64,000 bases of DNA from Desulfobacterales bacterium (GTDB lineage Bacteria > Desulfobacterota > Desulfobacteria > Desulfobacterales > UBA5616), in the NCBI GenBank assembly GCA_046483495.1, contig JAWODC010000076.1:32001-96000 (forward strand), read 5' to 3'. Each line of letters opens with the position of its first letter. The first letter of the stretch is position 1. The position numbers were made by a program, and so were the translations under genes. Positions 63,915 through 64,000 of the stretch are shown here, in pieces. A model generated the notes under the pieces. The model made no database searches. It had not been told where the DNA came from and saw only the letters and a program-made list of their open reading frames with translations.

Positions 63915-64000
63915 TCAGAAGATCAATGATATTCCCGCCATGCCGTTTATTCCGGCCATGGGATATCCCGGCCTGTATTCATAATCAGCATCACTTAGGT
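63915..64000 (-). CDS. TonB-dependent receptor, C-terminal end (partial; not in ORF track)
   Basis: Manual translation LSDADYEYRPGYPMAGINGMAGISLIF* resembles the NL.D..Y....GYP..G.....G....F receptor terminus. Confidence 0.7.
   Translation of the reverse strand, partial: LSDADYEYRPGYPMAGINGMAGISLIF

Overview
A gene-dense ~64 kb chromosomal segment. Gene content and style suggest an anaerobic deltaproteobacterium (Desulfobacterota-like); this is inference. Left part (1-25.7 kb): accessory redox and catabolic genes. These include a phytoene-desaturase-like oxidoreductase fragment, a signal-peptide-bearing HTHP heme protein, a QueG/RdhA-like Fe-S protein, a decayed and an intact hybrid kinase, and a DUF4382 lipoprotein. 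They are followed by an 11.4 kb minus-strand cluster (PaaK-like CoA ligase, DUF35/thiolase pair, two OYE-type flavin/Fe-S reductases bracketing etfA-HdrF-like-etfB) that resembles anaerobic aryl-CoA degradation. Divergent from it lie flavoredoxin, an ADP-forming acyl-CoA ligase alpha subunit, a ThDP enzyme and an SDR. Three ~140 bp long-hairpin elements share loop motifs but have covarying stems; two of them bracket the ThDP/SDR pair. Several short-period tandem arrays abut stop codons. Middle: prkA-yeaH-spoVR, a hydrolase, split transketolase, Zn-dehydrogenase and GMC genes, a short porin-like gene, gatB, queA-tgt, a NifU-domain protein and an aminotransferase. Right: a methylmalonyl-CoA/transcarboxylase-sucCD operon, an FAH-family protein, a TetR-SulP-phosphorelay cluster, and a secreted nucleoside hydrolase-FmdE fusion downstream of a TonB-dependent receptor C-terminus. 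No rRNA, tRNA, CRISPR array or transposase was recognised. All family assignments come from motif recognition by eye, not database searches.
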